From an uncultured Thermoleophilia bacterium (lineage in GTDB: Bacteria > Actinomycetota > Thermoleophilia > UBA2241): a stretch of DNA of 64,000 nt. Location of the stretch: the NCBI GenBank assembly GCA_963717285.1, contig CAVQVW010000001.1, positions 3,217 through 67,216 of the forward strand. The letters are read 5' to 3'. Within the stretch, counting starts at the first letter, position 1. The number at the start of each line of letters is the position of its first letter. The translations under genes were made by a program, and so were the position numbers. The notes under the pieces are model-generated. The model was given only the letters and a program-made list of their open reading frames with translations, made no database searches and was not told the DNA's origin. Of the stretch, positions 19,660 through 29,248 are shown one piece after another.

Positions 19660-19886
19660 GCAAGTATACTGACACTACTCGCCGGACACCAGAGGCAATC
19701 GGCCGACGGAACCGCCTGCCGTCGTCTGTGGCGCTCACCGATTGTGAAGCTCCTCTCAGCGGGCTCACAGCTCTCTCTCAGGTATCGCCCCTACTCTTCC
19801 TTGAGCACGTCGGCAGGCCGGTGGATCACGGTGCGCCAGCGCCGGTGCCCGCGAACGGCATTCCACGACGAAGCGCGAGGGTGGCG

Positions 19887-20702
19887 ATGAAGAGAGCGAA
19901 GATCAACTACTGGGTCGACATGATCACCGGCGTTGCCTTTCTCTTCGTCGCCGTGACCGGCCTCTTGCGCTTGTTCCCCGAGGCGACCGTGAGCATGTCT
20001 GCCGCCGGTCAGCCGGTCATCCTCGGGATCAGCACGAGCGTCTGGCAGATCGTGCACGACTGGAGCGGCGTCGTCATGGCCGCGGGGGTCGGCGTCCACA
20101 CCGCGCTGCATCTGCGCTGGCTCATCTCCATGACCGGCAAGCTGGCGCGAGGCGACGGCTCCACGAGTCGTCCCAGGGCGACGCCAAGCCCCAAGCCTCA
20201 GGCCGACACCGCCGGTTCCCTGGCTCGGCTCGAAGCGATGGGCACGACCCAGGGCGAGCACGCAGACTCCCGGCCACGGTACACGCGCAAGGGCTTCCTG
20301 GCGGCGGCCGGCGTCGTCAGCGCCGGCGCTCTGCTCACCGGCTGGGGTCTGCTCGGTCGCAGCGACGAGAGCGCCGCCGTCTCCACGTACGGCGCCGACA
20401 CATCCGGCGACGGCGACGACGACTGGACGTATGGGCGCCGGCACGGCAGCGAGGACGATGCGAGCGCCGGCACCGCCGGCCAGGCCGCCGACGACGGCAG
20501 CACGGCCACAGCCACGGCCAGCGCCCGCGTCGTCGTCGACGCGGAGGCCTGCACCGGCTGCGGCGCCTGCGTGCAGGTGTGTCCCGACGCGGTGTTCGCG
20601 ATGAGCGGCGGCAAGGCCGTCGTGCGCAACGCGGACGCCTGCCGGCTGTGCGGACGCTGCACGCGGGTCTGTGAGCCCGCAGCCATCACGCTGAACGGCT
20701 GA
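19887..20702 (+). CDS. Membrane-anchored protein with a C-terminal 2x[4Fe-4S] ferredoxin domain; the N-terminal TM module is possibly DUF4405-like
   Basis: 'MKRAKINYWVDMITGVAFLFVAVTGLL' and two further TM segments. Internal 'RYTRKGFLAAAGVVSAGALL' resembles a Tat motif. C-terminus has 'CTGCGACVQVCP' and 'CRLCGRCTRVCEP'. Confidence 0.5.
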   Translation: MKRAKINYWVDMITGVAFLFVAVTGLLRLFPEATVSMSAAGQPVILGISTSVWQIVHDWSGVVMAAGVGVHTALHLRWLISMTGKLARGDGSTSRPRATPSPKPQADTAGSLARLEAMGTTQGEHADSRPRYTRKGFLAAAGVVSAGALLTGWGLLGRSDESAAVSTYGADTSGDGDDDWTYGRRHGSEDDASAGTAGQAADDGSTATATASARVVVDAEACTGCGACVQVCPDAVFAMSGGKAVVRNADACRLCGRCTRVCEPAAITLNG

Positions 20703-20736
20703 GGCTCGTCGGTCGCGGGAAGCGACCGGACCCCGC

Positions 20737-23700
20737 TCAGCTGTAGCCGCGCGCCAGCGTGAAGCGGCTCAGCCCGGCCCGGAACCCCAGCGCCAGAAGG
20801 CGCTCCCTGTAGGGCGACTCGGCGACCGCCGTCCCGTCGATCCTCTCGACGGCGAGACGCGGCACGCGGCCCTCGTGCACCGCCCCGGCCAGAGCCGAGA
20901 AGGCCGCCTCGAGCCGGTCGTCGGGTTCGGCGATGAGGACCTGCAGGCTCCGCCCTCCAGACTCGACCGCCAGCACCGGTCGGCCGCCCGAAAGCACGAC
21001 GTAGGCGCCGCTGCGGCGCGCCGGCGAACGCCTGTCGGAGGCCGGCCAGCGCAACGCCGCACCGTAGAGTTGCGCGGGATCGACGACGGCGAGGACCAGC
21101 GGCGCCCCTTCGCCGACCTCGGCCTCGGCACGCAACCGCTCAACGGCGCCGGGGAGAGCGAACTGGGCGCCACCGAGTCCCTCCACGAAGTAGCCGCGGC
21201 GCGCCAGGCCCAGCGTCTCGAGGGCGGAGAGAGACGGGTAGAGGGCGGAGAAGCCGCCCGCCAGGTTCTCCGCGCGGACCAGCTCGCGCGTGACGATACC
21301 GTGACGCTGCAGCAGCAGCTCGGCCCAGGCGCGACCTCTCGCCGCGCCGTCGGCGGGCGCAGGGCCGAACGACGCCGCGGTGAGCGACCACCGGCCCTGC
21401 GGCGGCGCTCCGCGACCCCGCCGCTGGAAGCGCCCGGAGGCCGGGCCACGCCGCGGGTCGCCGGCCGACCCGGTCCGCGAGACCGGCGCGGCTCGGGATC
21501 GCAGCGGTGCGAAGGCGTCGTTCGTCACCTCGCCGGCCCACACGAGGTCCCAAAGCGCCCCCCGCACCACTTCGGCCGCGACCTCGGGGCGTTCCACCAG
21601 CAGGTCGACGAAGAAACAGGCGCCGCGCCCCAGGCGCTCACGCAGGAATCGGTGGATCTCGCCAGCCGGCGCCTCTTCGGACGGCGGCGGTCCGAGCACG
21701 GGGGCATCGTCGCGGAAGTAGAGCGCGACACGCCCCGAGCGGGCGCCGGACGACCTGACGCCGACCCAGATCAGCTCGCCGCTCGTACAAAGCTCGTCGA
21801 TCCAGGCCGGCGAGTAGGCGCCGAGGCGGCGGGGCAGCACGTCACGCTCCCACGCCTCGGGCGACAGCGCCAGTCCCTGCAGCGTCACGAGCACGTCGCG
21901 CAGACGATCGACGCCGGCCCCCGCCGCGGTCGAGCGGTCGACTCCCTGCCAGCGCGGCGCGAAACGCGCCAGCACCTCCTGGCCGACTGGCTCGATCTCG
22001 CTGCGCAGCGCCGCCAGCGAGGCGCGGCGCAGCCGGCGCAGCACGTCCGGATCGCACCACTCGCGTTGTGTGCCAAGAGGACGCAGCTCGCCGCGCACCA
22101 GCTCCCCGGCCTGTTCGAGGAGCGCCAGGGCGGCGCCGGCGTCGACGTCGTACCGCCGCCGCACGTCATCCGTGAGGAAGGGACCGTGAACGCAGGCATG
22201 GCGGCGCACGAGCTCCAGCAGCGCGTCGGGCACGTCCTCGAGAAACGCCTCCGGGAGGCCGGCCGGCGGAGCCACGCCGAGCGCGTCCCGGTAGAGCCCA
22301 GCGTCCTCGCTGGCGATCCAGCGCTCCTCACCGCCAAGCGGGATCCGCAGCACGCGGCCCTCACCCTCGAGCTCCGACAGCCACACCGGCGCCTCGTCCG
22401 CCGCGAGGACCCGTTCGCGGACCTCCTCGGAGGTGAGGTCGCCGAGCCGCCGCAGCACGTCGTGCAGCGCATCCGGACCGCGCGCCCGCAGGTGCGGGGC
22501 AAGATACTGCAGCTCGTCTTCGACCTGCGCGAGCGCGCCGGGATCGATGAGCTCACGCAACTCCTCCTGCCCCAGCAGTTCGCGCAGGAGCTCACGGTCG
22601 AGGGACAACGCCATGGCGCGGCGCTCCGCGCTCGGCGTATCGTCCTCGTACATGTGGGTGGCCACGTAGTCGAAGAGCAGCGAGGAGGCGAACGGCGAAG
22701 CCGTCGCCGTCTCGACCTCGACGAGGGTGAGCTCGTGAGTCTGGAGCCGCCGCAGCAGATCTGTGAGCCCCGGCAGATCGAGCACGTCGCGCAGGCACTC
22801 CCGGTAGGTCTCGAGGACGATGGGGAACTCCGGGTAGCGACGGGCGACCTCGAGCAGCGATTGCGCCCTGAGGCGCTGCTGCCAGAGAGGGGTGCGCCGG
22901 CCGGGGTAGGCGCGGGGGATGAGCAGTGCACGGGCCGCGTTCTCGCGGAAGCGCGCCCCGAAGAGTGCACTGCCGGCGAGCTCATCCACGACGAGGTCCT
23001 CGATCTCGTCTGGCTCGATTAGGACCAGCTCGGCGGCCGGTGGATCGTCGGCATCGGGCAGATGAACGATGATGCCCTCGTCGGACCATATCGCGTTCGC
23101 CTCGAGACCTAGCCGGTCGCGGATGCGGGCGCTCAGCGCCAGCGCCCAGGCGGCATGCACGCGGCCGCCGTGCGGCGAGAGCACGCAGAGCCGCCAGTCG
23201 CCGATCTCGTCGCGAAAGCGCTCCACGATCACGCTGCGATCCGAGGGAAGGACCCGCGTGGCGGCCTCCTGCTCGCGCAGGAACGCGAGCAGGTTGTCGG
23301 CGGCGAGTTCATCGAGATCGTACTCGCGCTCGAGCACCTCCGCGTCCTGGTCGACCGCCCAGCGGGCGAAGGCGCCGATGGCCTCGCCGAGCTCGCGCGG
23401 CCGGCCCACCGACTCGCCGTGCCAGAAGGGGACCGCCGCGGGCGCGCCGGGCGCAGGCATGACGATCACGCGGTCGCGCGTGATCTCCTCGATGCGCCAG
23501 GAGGTCGCGCCGAGCAGGAACGCCTGACCCACCCGGGCCTCGTAGACCATCTCCTCGTCGAGCTCGCCGACCCGCCGACCGTCCGGGAGATTGACCGAGA
23601 AGAGGCCGCGGTCGGGGATCGTGCCCGCGTTGGCCACCGCCAGAGCGCGGGCCCCGGGGCGGGCGCGGATCGTGCCGGCCACCCTGTCCCAGACGATCCG

Positions 23701-25197
23701 CGCCCGCAGCTGCGCGAACTCGTGCGACGGGTGGCGACCATCGAGCATGTCGAGCACGTTCTCGAGTTGCCGGCGATCGAGGTCGGCGTAGGTCCAGGTG
23801 CGCAACACCAGCGCGTGGAGCGCATCGACCTCCACCCCCTCCTCGCCTGCACCGGCGGCGATGGCCACCACCTGCTGGGCGAGGACATCGAGGGGGTTGC
23901 GCGGCACGACGGTCGTCTCGATGAGACCCTCGCGCATGCGCCGCGCGACGACGGCGCACTCGAGCAGGTCCGCGCGGAACTTGGGGAAGATACGGCCGCG
24001 CGACACCTCTCCCACGCCATGGCCCGCGCGGCCGATGCGCTGCAGCCCGCGCGTCACCGATTTGGGCGACTCGATCTGCACGACGAGGTCGATGGCGCCC
24101 ATGTCGATGCCGAGCTCGAGGGACGAGGTGGCGACCAGGCAGGGCAGATCGCCCGCCTTGAGCTGCTCCTCGATCAGCGTGCGCTCCTCCCGGGCAAGCG
24201 AGCCGTGGTGGGCGCGAGCGATCTCGGCGGCGGCACCCGGCGGCGGCGAGCCTTCCGACTCGTCCTCTTGTGCCGCCAGATCGTTGAGACGCAGCGCGAT
24301 GCGCTCGGCCGCCCTGCGGTTGTTCACGAAGACGAGGGTCGAGCGATGCTCCCGCACCAGGCGCAGCAGCTCCGGGTAGATCGCCGGCCAGATCGAGTGC
24401 CGCGTCGCCTCGCCGCCCTGTACGGCCTCCAGCTCGAGGGACGCCTGAGGATCGACCATCGACTCGACGGGCACGTGGACACGCAGGTCGAGCGGCTTGC
24501 TCGCGCCCACGTCCACGACGGTGCAGACGCGCTGCGGGCCGACGAGAAAGCGGGCGACCTCGTCGAGAGGACGCTGGGTCGCCGAGAGCCCGATGCGCTG
24601 CACGTCGCGCCCCGCCTTCTCGACGAGGCGCTCGAGCGTCACGGCCAGATGCGCGCCACGCTTCGTCTGAGCGACCGCATGGATCTCATCCAGGATGACC
24701 CACCTCGTATCGGTGAAGAGCTCGCGCGCCTGCGAGGTGAGCATGAGGTAGAGCGACTCCGGCGTCGTGATGAGGATGTCGGGAGGCGTGCGCAGCATCG
24801 CGCGGCGCTCGCGCTGAGGGGTGTCGCCGGTGCGTATCGCCACCCGGACGTCGGCGCCGATGCCGCGCAGCGGCGCCCGCAGGTTGCGCTCCACGTCGTA
24901 GCCCAGCGCCTTGAGCGGCGACACGTACACGAGCTGGAGGCGTCGCCTCTCGCCCTCGCCCGGCGGCTCCGCCACGAAGCGGTCGAGCGCCCAGAGGAAG
25001 GCGGCGAGCGTCTTGCCCGACCCCGTCGGCGCCGACACGAGCGTGTGCTCGCCGGAGGCGATGGCCGGCCACGTCTTGATCTGGGCGGCGGTCGGCGCCC
25101 CGAAGGTGGCCGCGAACCAATCCCGCACCTGGGGCGTGAACGGGGCGAGCGGCGAGTCGGGTGCGGGCTGATCCATCCCGCTGGTCTTCCCGTGCAT
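20737..25197 (-). CDS. lhr: Lhr-family large ATP-dependent helicase
   Basis: Walker A 'APTGSGKT', 'DEIH', 'SATQRP', about 1486 aa with the long Lhr C-terminal extension. SD GAGGAG upstream of ATG 25197. Confidence 0.85.
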   Translation of the reverse strand: MHGKTSGMDQPAPDSPLAPFTPQVRDWFAATFGAPTAAQIKTWPAIASGEHTLVSAPTGSGKTLAAFLWALDRFVAEPPGEGERRRLQLVYVSPLKALGYDVERNLRAPLRGIGADVRVAIRTGDTPQRERRAMLRTPPDILITTPESLYLMLTSQARELFTDTRWVILDEIHAVAQTKRGAHLAVTLERLVEKAGRDVQRIGLSATQRPLDEVARFLVGPQRVCTVVDVGASKPLDLRVHVPVESMVDPQASLELEAVQGGEATRHSIWPAIYPELLRLVREHRSTLVFVNNRRAAERIALRLNDLAAQEDESEGSPPPGAAAEIARAHHGSLAREERTLIEEQLKAGDLPCLVATSSLELGIDMGAIDLVVQIESPKSVTRGLQRIGRAGHGVGEVSRGRIFPKFRADLLECAVVARRMREGLIETTVVPRNPLDVLAQQVVAIAAGAGEEGVEVDALHALVLRTWTYADLDRRQLENVLDMLDGRHPSHEFAQLRARIVWDRVAGTIRARPGARALAVANAGTIPDRGLFSVNLPDGRRVGELDEEMVYEARVGQAFLLGATSWRIEEITRDRVIVMPAPGAPAAVPFWHGESVGRPRELGEAIGAFARWAVDQDAEVLEREYDLDELAADNLLAFLREQEAATRVLPSDRSVIVERFRDEIGDWRLCVLSPHGGRVHAAWALALSARIRDRLGLEANAIWSDEGIIVHLPDADDPPAAELVLIEPDEIEDLVVDELAGSALFGARFRENAARALLIPRAYPGRRTPLWQQRLRAQSLLEVARRYPEFPIVLETYRECLRDVLDLPGLTDLLRRLQTHELTLVEVETATASPFASSLLFDYVATHMYEDDTPSAERRAMALSLDRELLRELLGQEELRELIDPGALAQVEDELQYLAPHLRARGPDALHDVLRRLGDLTSEEVRERVLAADEAPVWLSELEGEGRVLRIPLGGEERWIASEDAGLYRDALGVAPPAGLPEAFLEDVPDALLELVRRHACVHGPFLTDDVRRRYDVDAGAALALLEQAGELVRGELRPLGTQREWCDPDVLRRLRRASLAALRSEIEPVGQEVLARFAPRWQGVDRSTAAGAGVDRLRDVLVTLQGLALSPEAWERDVLPRRLGAYSPAWIDELCTSGELIWVGVRSSGARSGRVALYFRDDAPVLGPPPSEEAPAGEIHRFLRERLGRGACFFVDLLVERPEVAAEVVRGALWDLVWAGEVTNDAFAPLRSRAAPVSRTGSAGDPRRGPASGRFQRRGRGAPPQGRWSLTAASFGPAPADGAARGRAWAELLLQRHGIVTRELVRAENLAGGFSALYPSLSALETLGLARRGYFVEGLGGAQFALPGAVERLRAEAEVGEGAPLVLAVVDPAQLYGAALRWPASDRRSPARRSGAYVVLSGGRPVLAVESGGRSLQVLIAEPDDRLEAAFSALAGAVHEGRVPRLAVERIDGTAVAESPYRERLLALGFRAGLSRFTLARGYS

Positions 25198-25303
25198 CAG
25201 CGTCTCCTCACCCCCCGCCGCGCATCTCGCTGCCGGCCGCGCGTGACCACGCTGCCCAGCATACCCGAGGGCGGTGACGTGACGCGGACTCGCGCCCGGG
25301 AGC

Positions 25304-26650
25304 TCAGGCGCCCAGGCTGCTCCGCATGAGCGCCAGCACGGGCTCGCTGGGGAAGTGCTGAAGCAGGGCCCCGCAGCTGGCGAGGACGTAGTCGCGGTCG
25401 AGCAGGCAGCGCGCATCGCGGGGAGGCAGGAGGCGCTCGCCGTCGCCGCCCGAGAGCATCTCGGCGAGGATGTCCGCACCGCCCGGCAGCCGCGTGAGCG
25501 CACCACCGGTACCGATCACGGATCGACAGGCGGTGAGGTCGCGCCCGCGGGCGATCGTCGTGCGGCCCGTCGCCGTGTAGAGCGACGCGATCCGGCCGGC
25601 GTGACGGTGCATGGCGGTGACGGCCGCCTGACGCGTCAGCGCCAACGCGCCGGCGATCTCGTCGGGCGTCTCGGGCAGGGCCGGTGGCAGAGCCTCTGGT
25701 CGCCGGCCGAGCCGCAGCAGCGCGGCGACGTGCTCGGCGCTCACGTAGGTGCCGAGGTCGCCCTCGACCGTCCGCTTGGCATGGGGCTGCGGGTCGACTT
25801 GCAGTGCGCCGATCTCCGGACTGCCGTCGGTGACGGAGTGCACGTCGGTCGTGGCGCCGCCGACATCGACGACGACGAGATCGCCGAGCGCCTCGGCGAG
25901 CCGCTCGGCGGCGATGAGCACGGCGCCCGGCGTCGGCAGGATGCGTCCGCCCGCCAGCTCGCCGATGCGCTCCATGCCCGGCGCCCGCGTGATGTGCGCC
26001 TCGAAGGCGTCGTGGATGACGGCGCGCGCCGGCACGATGTCGAGCTCGTCGACGGCCGGGTAGACGTTGCTCGTGATGCGGACCCGGAAGCCCGCCGCCT
26101 CGAGGATGGCGCTCGCCTCCCGGGCCGCCAGCGTGTTGCCTGCGTAGACAACGTTCGGTCGCGCCGTCAGGCCGATGAGGCGCCCGGCGTTGAAGAGGAC
26201 CGTGTCGTAGTCGCCGCCCTCGACACCGCCGGCGAGCAGGATGAGGCTGGGGTCGAGGGCGTCGATCTGCCGCAGATCGGCGTCACGCAACTGGCCGGCC
26301 GTCACGTACTTGACGACGGCGCCCGCCCCCAGCGCCGCCTCGCGCGCGGCCATCGCGGTCATGCGCCGGGTGAGCCCGTGGACGGTCATGCGCAGACCGC
26401 CGGCGGCCGAGCTGGTGGCCAGCGTGAGACCCGGTTCGAGCGGACCGACGGCCGCCTCCAGCTGCGCCCGGGCGGCCCCCACCCCCACGGCCACATCGCC
26501 TGCGGCCACCGAGGTCAGGGCCACCCCTTGGCCGAGCAGCCGCGGCGCGGCCGCGGAAGACTCGGCCAGTCCATCGAAGGCCGAGACGATCGTCGTCGTC
26601 GAACCGATCTCGACGACGAGCGCGTCGATACTGCGACTAGTGGTCGGCAT
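25304..26650 (-). CDS. Glutamate mutase MutL/GlmL-like accessory protein (putative B12-mutase reactivase/chaperone)
   Basis: 448 aa, actin/ASKHA-like 'VVDVGGATTDVHSV'. It lies directly downstream of oraE, matching the position of the MutL-like gene reported in the Clostridium sticklandii ornithine cluster (recalled from memory). Confidence 0.55.
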   Translation of the reverse strand: MPTTSRSIDALVVEIGSTTTIVSAFDGLAESSAAAPRLLGQGVALTSVAAGDVAVGVGAARAQLEAAVGPLEPGLTLATSSAAGGLRMTVHGLTRRMTAMAAREAALGAGAVVKYVTAGQLRDADLRQIDALDPSLILLAGGVEGGDYDTVLFNAGRLIGLTARPNVVYAGNTLAAREASAILEAAGFRVRITSNVYPAVDELDIVPARAVIHDAFEAHITRAPGMERIGELAGGRILPTPGAVLIAAERLAEALGDLVVVDVGGATTDVHSVTDGSPEIGALQVDPQPHAKRTVEGDLGTYVSAEHVAALLRLGRRPEALPPALPETPDEIAGALALTRQAAVTAMHRHAGRIASLYTATGRTTIARGRDLTACRSVIGTGGALTRLPGGADILAEMLSGGDGERLLPPRDARCLLDRDYVLASCGALLQHFPSEPVLALMRSSLGA

Positions 26651-26674
26651 GCGGCTCCATCAGGCGACGCTGCG

Positions 26675-28888
26675 TCACGCCCCCCGCTCGCGCAGCGCCG
26701 TCACCAGGAACGAGGCCACGTCCCTGCCCTTGGCGCCGCGGCCGAAGCCGGCGTCCATCCCCCAGGCCCTGGCCAGCTCGTCGGTCACCTGGGTGCCGCC
26801 GCTGATCAGCAGCAGCCTGTCGCGCAGGCCCTTCTCAGTGGCCAGGTCGGCGAGCTTCTCCATGTTGATGCGATGGATCTCGTTGTGCGAGATGATCGTG
26901 CTGATGAGGACCGCCTGGGCGGCGTGCTCGACGGCCGCGTCGAGCACCTTCTCGACAGGCACCGACGTCCCCAGGTACTCGCTCTCGATGCCCCACGTCT
27001 CCAACCCGCCGTGCTTGATGTCGAGGATCTCGCGCATGCCCACGGAGTGCTCGTCGTGGCCGACCGTGGCGGCCACCACCTTCAGGCCCCGTTCGGCGAC
27101 GAAGGCGCGGATCTCCTCCTCGCTGAGCGGCTCCAGCTTCTCGGGGATGACGAGCGTGGCCGGGTCGACGAGGACGTCCAGCCGGCCCTTCATCTCGATC
27201 AGGGTGCCCTCGGCCGGATGCATCACCTGCTTGTGGATCACTTCGCAGTCCTGCAGGTTCATCGCCCGGCCGAACTCGAGCGCGGCGAACTCGGCGACGC
27301 GCTCGCTCGCCGGCAGGAACATCGTCACCACGAGGATGCCGTCGCCGGCCCACTGCACCTCGGGCGTGACCAGGCCTTGATCGCGCAGCTCCGCCGTCTG
27401 CGCAAGGCGCACGGCGACGTTGTCCTCGGGATCGAGCTCGTCGATGAAGGGGACCTTCTCGGGGTCGCAGAGGGTGCAGCCGCCGATCAGGTCGCACGGC
27501 CGGGAGCCGTGGCCCTCGGGCAGGTGGTTCTCGCCGAAGTGGTGGCAGACGGGCGCCATGTAGTCGGCGGCGCGTTCGACGACGGTGCCCGCCGCCACGC
27601 CGCCGTCGGCGTGGCGGGCGATGCCGTCGTCGTGCGTCTCCGGGTACTCGCCGGAGTCGACGAAGTAGGCCTCCTCGGCGGCGGCGAAGTAGCCGCCCTC
27701 GCGCACCATCGCCTCGAGGAAGAGCACGGCGCGCTCCTTGATCTCGCGCACGCGCGCCTTGAGTTCCGGCGCCTCGCGGTCGATCCTGACCATCTCGCGC
27801 AGGCCGTCCATCCCGACGAGGCTCTGCCGGGCCGTGTCCACGGCCGCGATGTTGTTGTAGTGCCACGGGACGTTGCGTCCCTCGTCGGGCGTGATCGTGC
27901 TCTGGATGTCGGCGCTGGTCAGGCGGCTGATCATGAGGTTCATGGTGTGGGCCACCGTGGCCTCGCGTCCGTCCGACTCCATGTAGCGGGTGTTCTGCTG
28001 GGCGCGCATCTTGAACTCGCCGAAGAGGTCACGCAGGGCGACGGCGTAGGGCAGGTCCATGCGCATGCAGGGCGCCGGCGCGGCGTCGGGCGGGACCGTG
28101 CTCAGGCAGATGTCCTCCTTCGGCATGCCGACGGCGACCGAGAAGGCGCTGTTGATGGCGTGCTGCACGAGCAGCTCCGGCATGACCTTCCAGGCGGCGA
28201 TCGCGGTGGCGTTGGCGTTGTGGGCACCGTCGATCTGGGCCATGCGAATGCTCGCCATGATGCCCTTGGCGACGGCCGCGTCGATGAAGCTGCGATACCC
28301 GTTGATGTTGCGGTAGAGGATGTTGTACTGCGGGTCCTGATGGGCGCCGTTCACGCCCTCCTCGGCGAACATCACGGCCATCTCGGGACCGGCGACGCCG
28401 CTCACGTAGCTGTGGAAGTTGATCGGCCTCCCCACCTCGTCCTCGATCAGGTCGAGCGCCTTGCGGGTCGCCCGCACCTGCTTGCGCGTGATGGCCACGC
28501 CGCCGACTCCCTCCGGCGTGCCCTCGAGGAGGCCGTCCATGTGCGACTGGCCGGCGGTGCGGATGACCATCATGTGGTCGGCGCCGTGCCAGGCGGCCAT
28601 GCGCATGCGCCGGATGTCGTCCTCGAAGCGCCCGGAGGCGATCTCGGTGGTCACGACGCAGTCGGGTTGCGGGTCGATGCCGCCGAAGGAACGCGCCGCC
28701 GGCAGGGGGACGCTGTTGGCGAGACCCTTCGACGTCTCCCGGTAGGTGAAGGCCCCCAGCCGCTGATCGGGCACCGCCTCGCGCCAGTGCCAGCCGCGGC
28801 GGCGCGGCCGGTAGTCGGCGAGACCTTCGAGCAGTCTGGGGATGTCGAGCTTCTCGTTCGGCGTCAGCTCCGGGAGGTCGGCGCTCAT
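26675..28888 (-). CDS. oraE: D-ornithine 4,5-aminomutase E (beta) subunit, PLP- and B12-dependent
   Basis: About 737 aa. The C-terminal cobalamin-binding domain carries DxHxxG ('GHDEHSVG'). The start ATG overlaps the oraS stop (ATGA). Confidence 0.75.
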   Translation of the reverse strand: MSADLPELTPNEKLDIPRLLEGLADYRPRRRGWHWREAVPDQRLGAFTYRETSKGLANSVPLPAARSFGGIDPQPDCVVTTEIASGRFEDDIRRMRMAAWHGADHMMVIRTAGQSHMDGLLEGTPEGVGGVAITRKQVRATRKALDLIEDEVGRPINFHSYVSGVAGPEMAVMFAEEGVNGAHQDPQYNILYRNINGYRSFIDAAVAKGIMASIRMAQIDGAHNANATAIAAWKVMPELLVQHAINSAFSVAVGMPKEDICLSTVPPDAAPAPCMRMDLPYAVALRDLFGEFKMRAQQNTRYMESDGREATVAHTMNLMISRLTSADIQSTITPDEGRNVPWHYNNIAAVDTARQSLVGMDGLREMVRIDREAPELKARVREIKERAVLFLEAMVREGGYFAAAEEAYFVDSGEYPETHDDGIARHADGGVAAGTVVERAADYMAPVCHHFGENHLPEGHGSRPCDLIGGCTLCDPEKVPFIDELDPEDNVAVRLAQTAELRDQGLVTPEVQWAGDGILVVTMFLPASERVAEFAALEFGRAMNLQDCEVIHKQVMHPAEGTLIEMKGRLDVLVDPATLVIPEKLEPLSEEEIRAFVAERGLKVVAATVGHDEHSVGMREILDIKHGGLETWGIESEYLGTSVPVEKVLDAAVEHAAQAVLISTIISHNEIHRINMEKLADLATEKGLRDRLLLISGGTQVTDELARAWGMDAGFGRGAKGRDVASFLVTALRERGA

Positions 28889-29247
28889 CGCGCCCCTCCC
28901 CACTTCGCAGCGACCGTCTCCCAGCCGTCGCCGGCGGCGAGGCGGCGGGCTGCCTCCGGCACGGGGACCCCCCACGTGGTGCTGCAGTGCCACACCACGT
29001 GCCCGGCCCCGTGCCCCAGCAGCCCGCGGCGCTCGCACTCCGAGACGACGGCCGCGCACGTCGGCGAGTCGAGGCCCATGCGCATGAGCACCGAGCGCTC
29101 GATCGACGGGGAGGTGTGCGTGCGCCCCAGCTCGACGAGCGGGTCGACGACCTCCCGGGCCAGTTGCCAGAAGAGCGCCTCGAGCTCGGCGTCCGAGAGG
29201 CCGGCGAGGTGGGCGCGATCGGCGGCGAAGGTGTCCTCGCGGGCCAT
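28885..29247 (-). CDS. oraS: D-ornithine 4,5-aminomutase S (alpha) subunit
   Basis: 120 aa. 'RAHLAGLSDAELEALFWQLAREVVDPLVELGRTHTSPSIERSVLMRMG' matches the OraS pattern. Translationally coupled to ortB (1-nt gap) and to oraE. Confidence 0.7.
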   Translation of the reverse strand: MAREDTFAADRAHLAGLSDAELEALFWQLAREVVDPLVELGRTHTSPSIERSVLMRMGLDSPTCAAVVSECERRGLLGHGAGHVVWHCSTTWGVPVPEAARRLAAGDGWETVAAKWGGAR

Positions 29248-29248
29248 C

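Noticed and set aside
20238-20702. Stand-alone Tat-secreted ferredoxin gene
   Set aside because: There is no stop codon separating it from the upstream TM module in the same frame, and RK rather than RR is in the motif. It is reported as a possible fusion instead.
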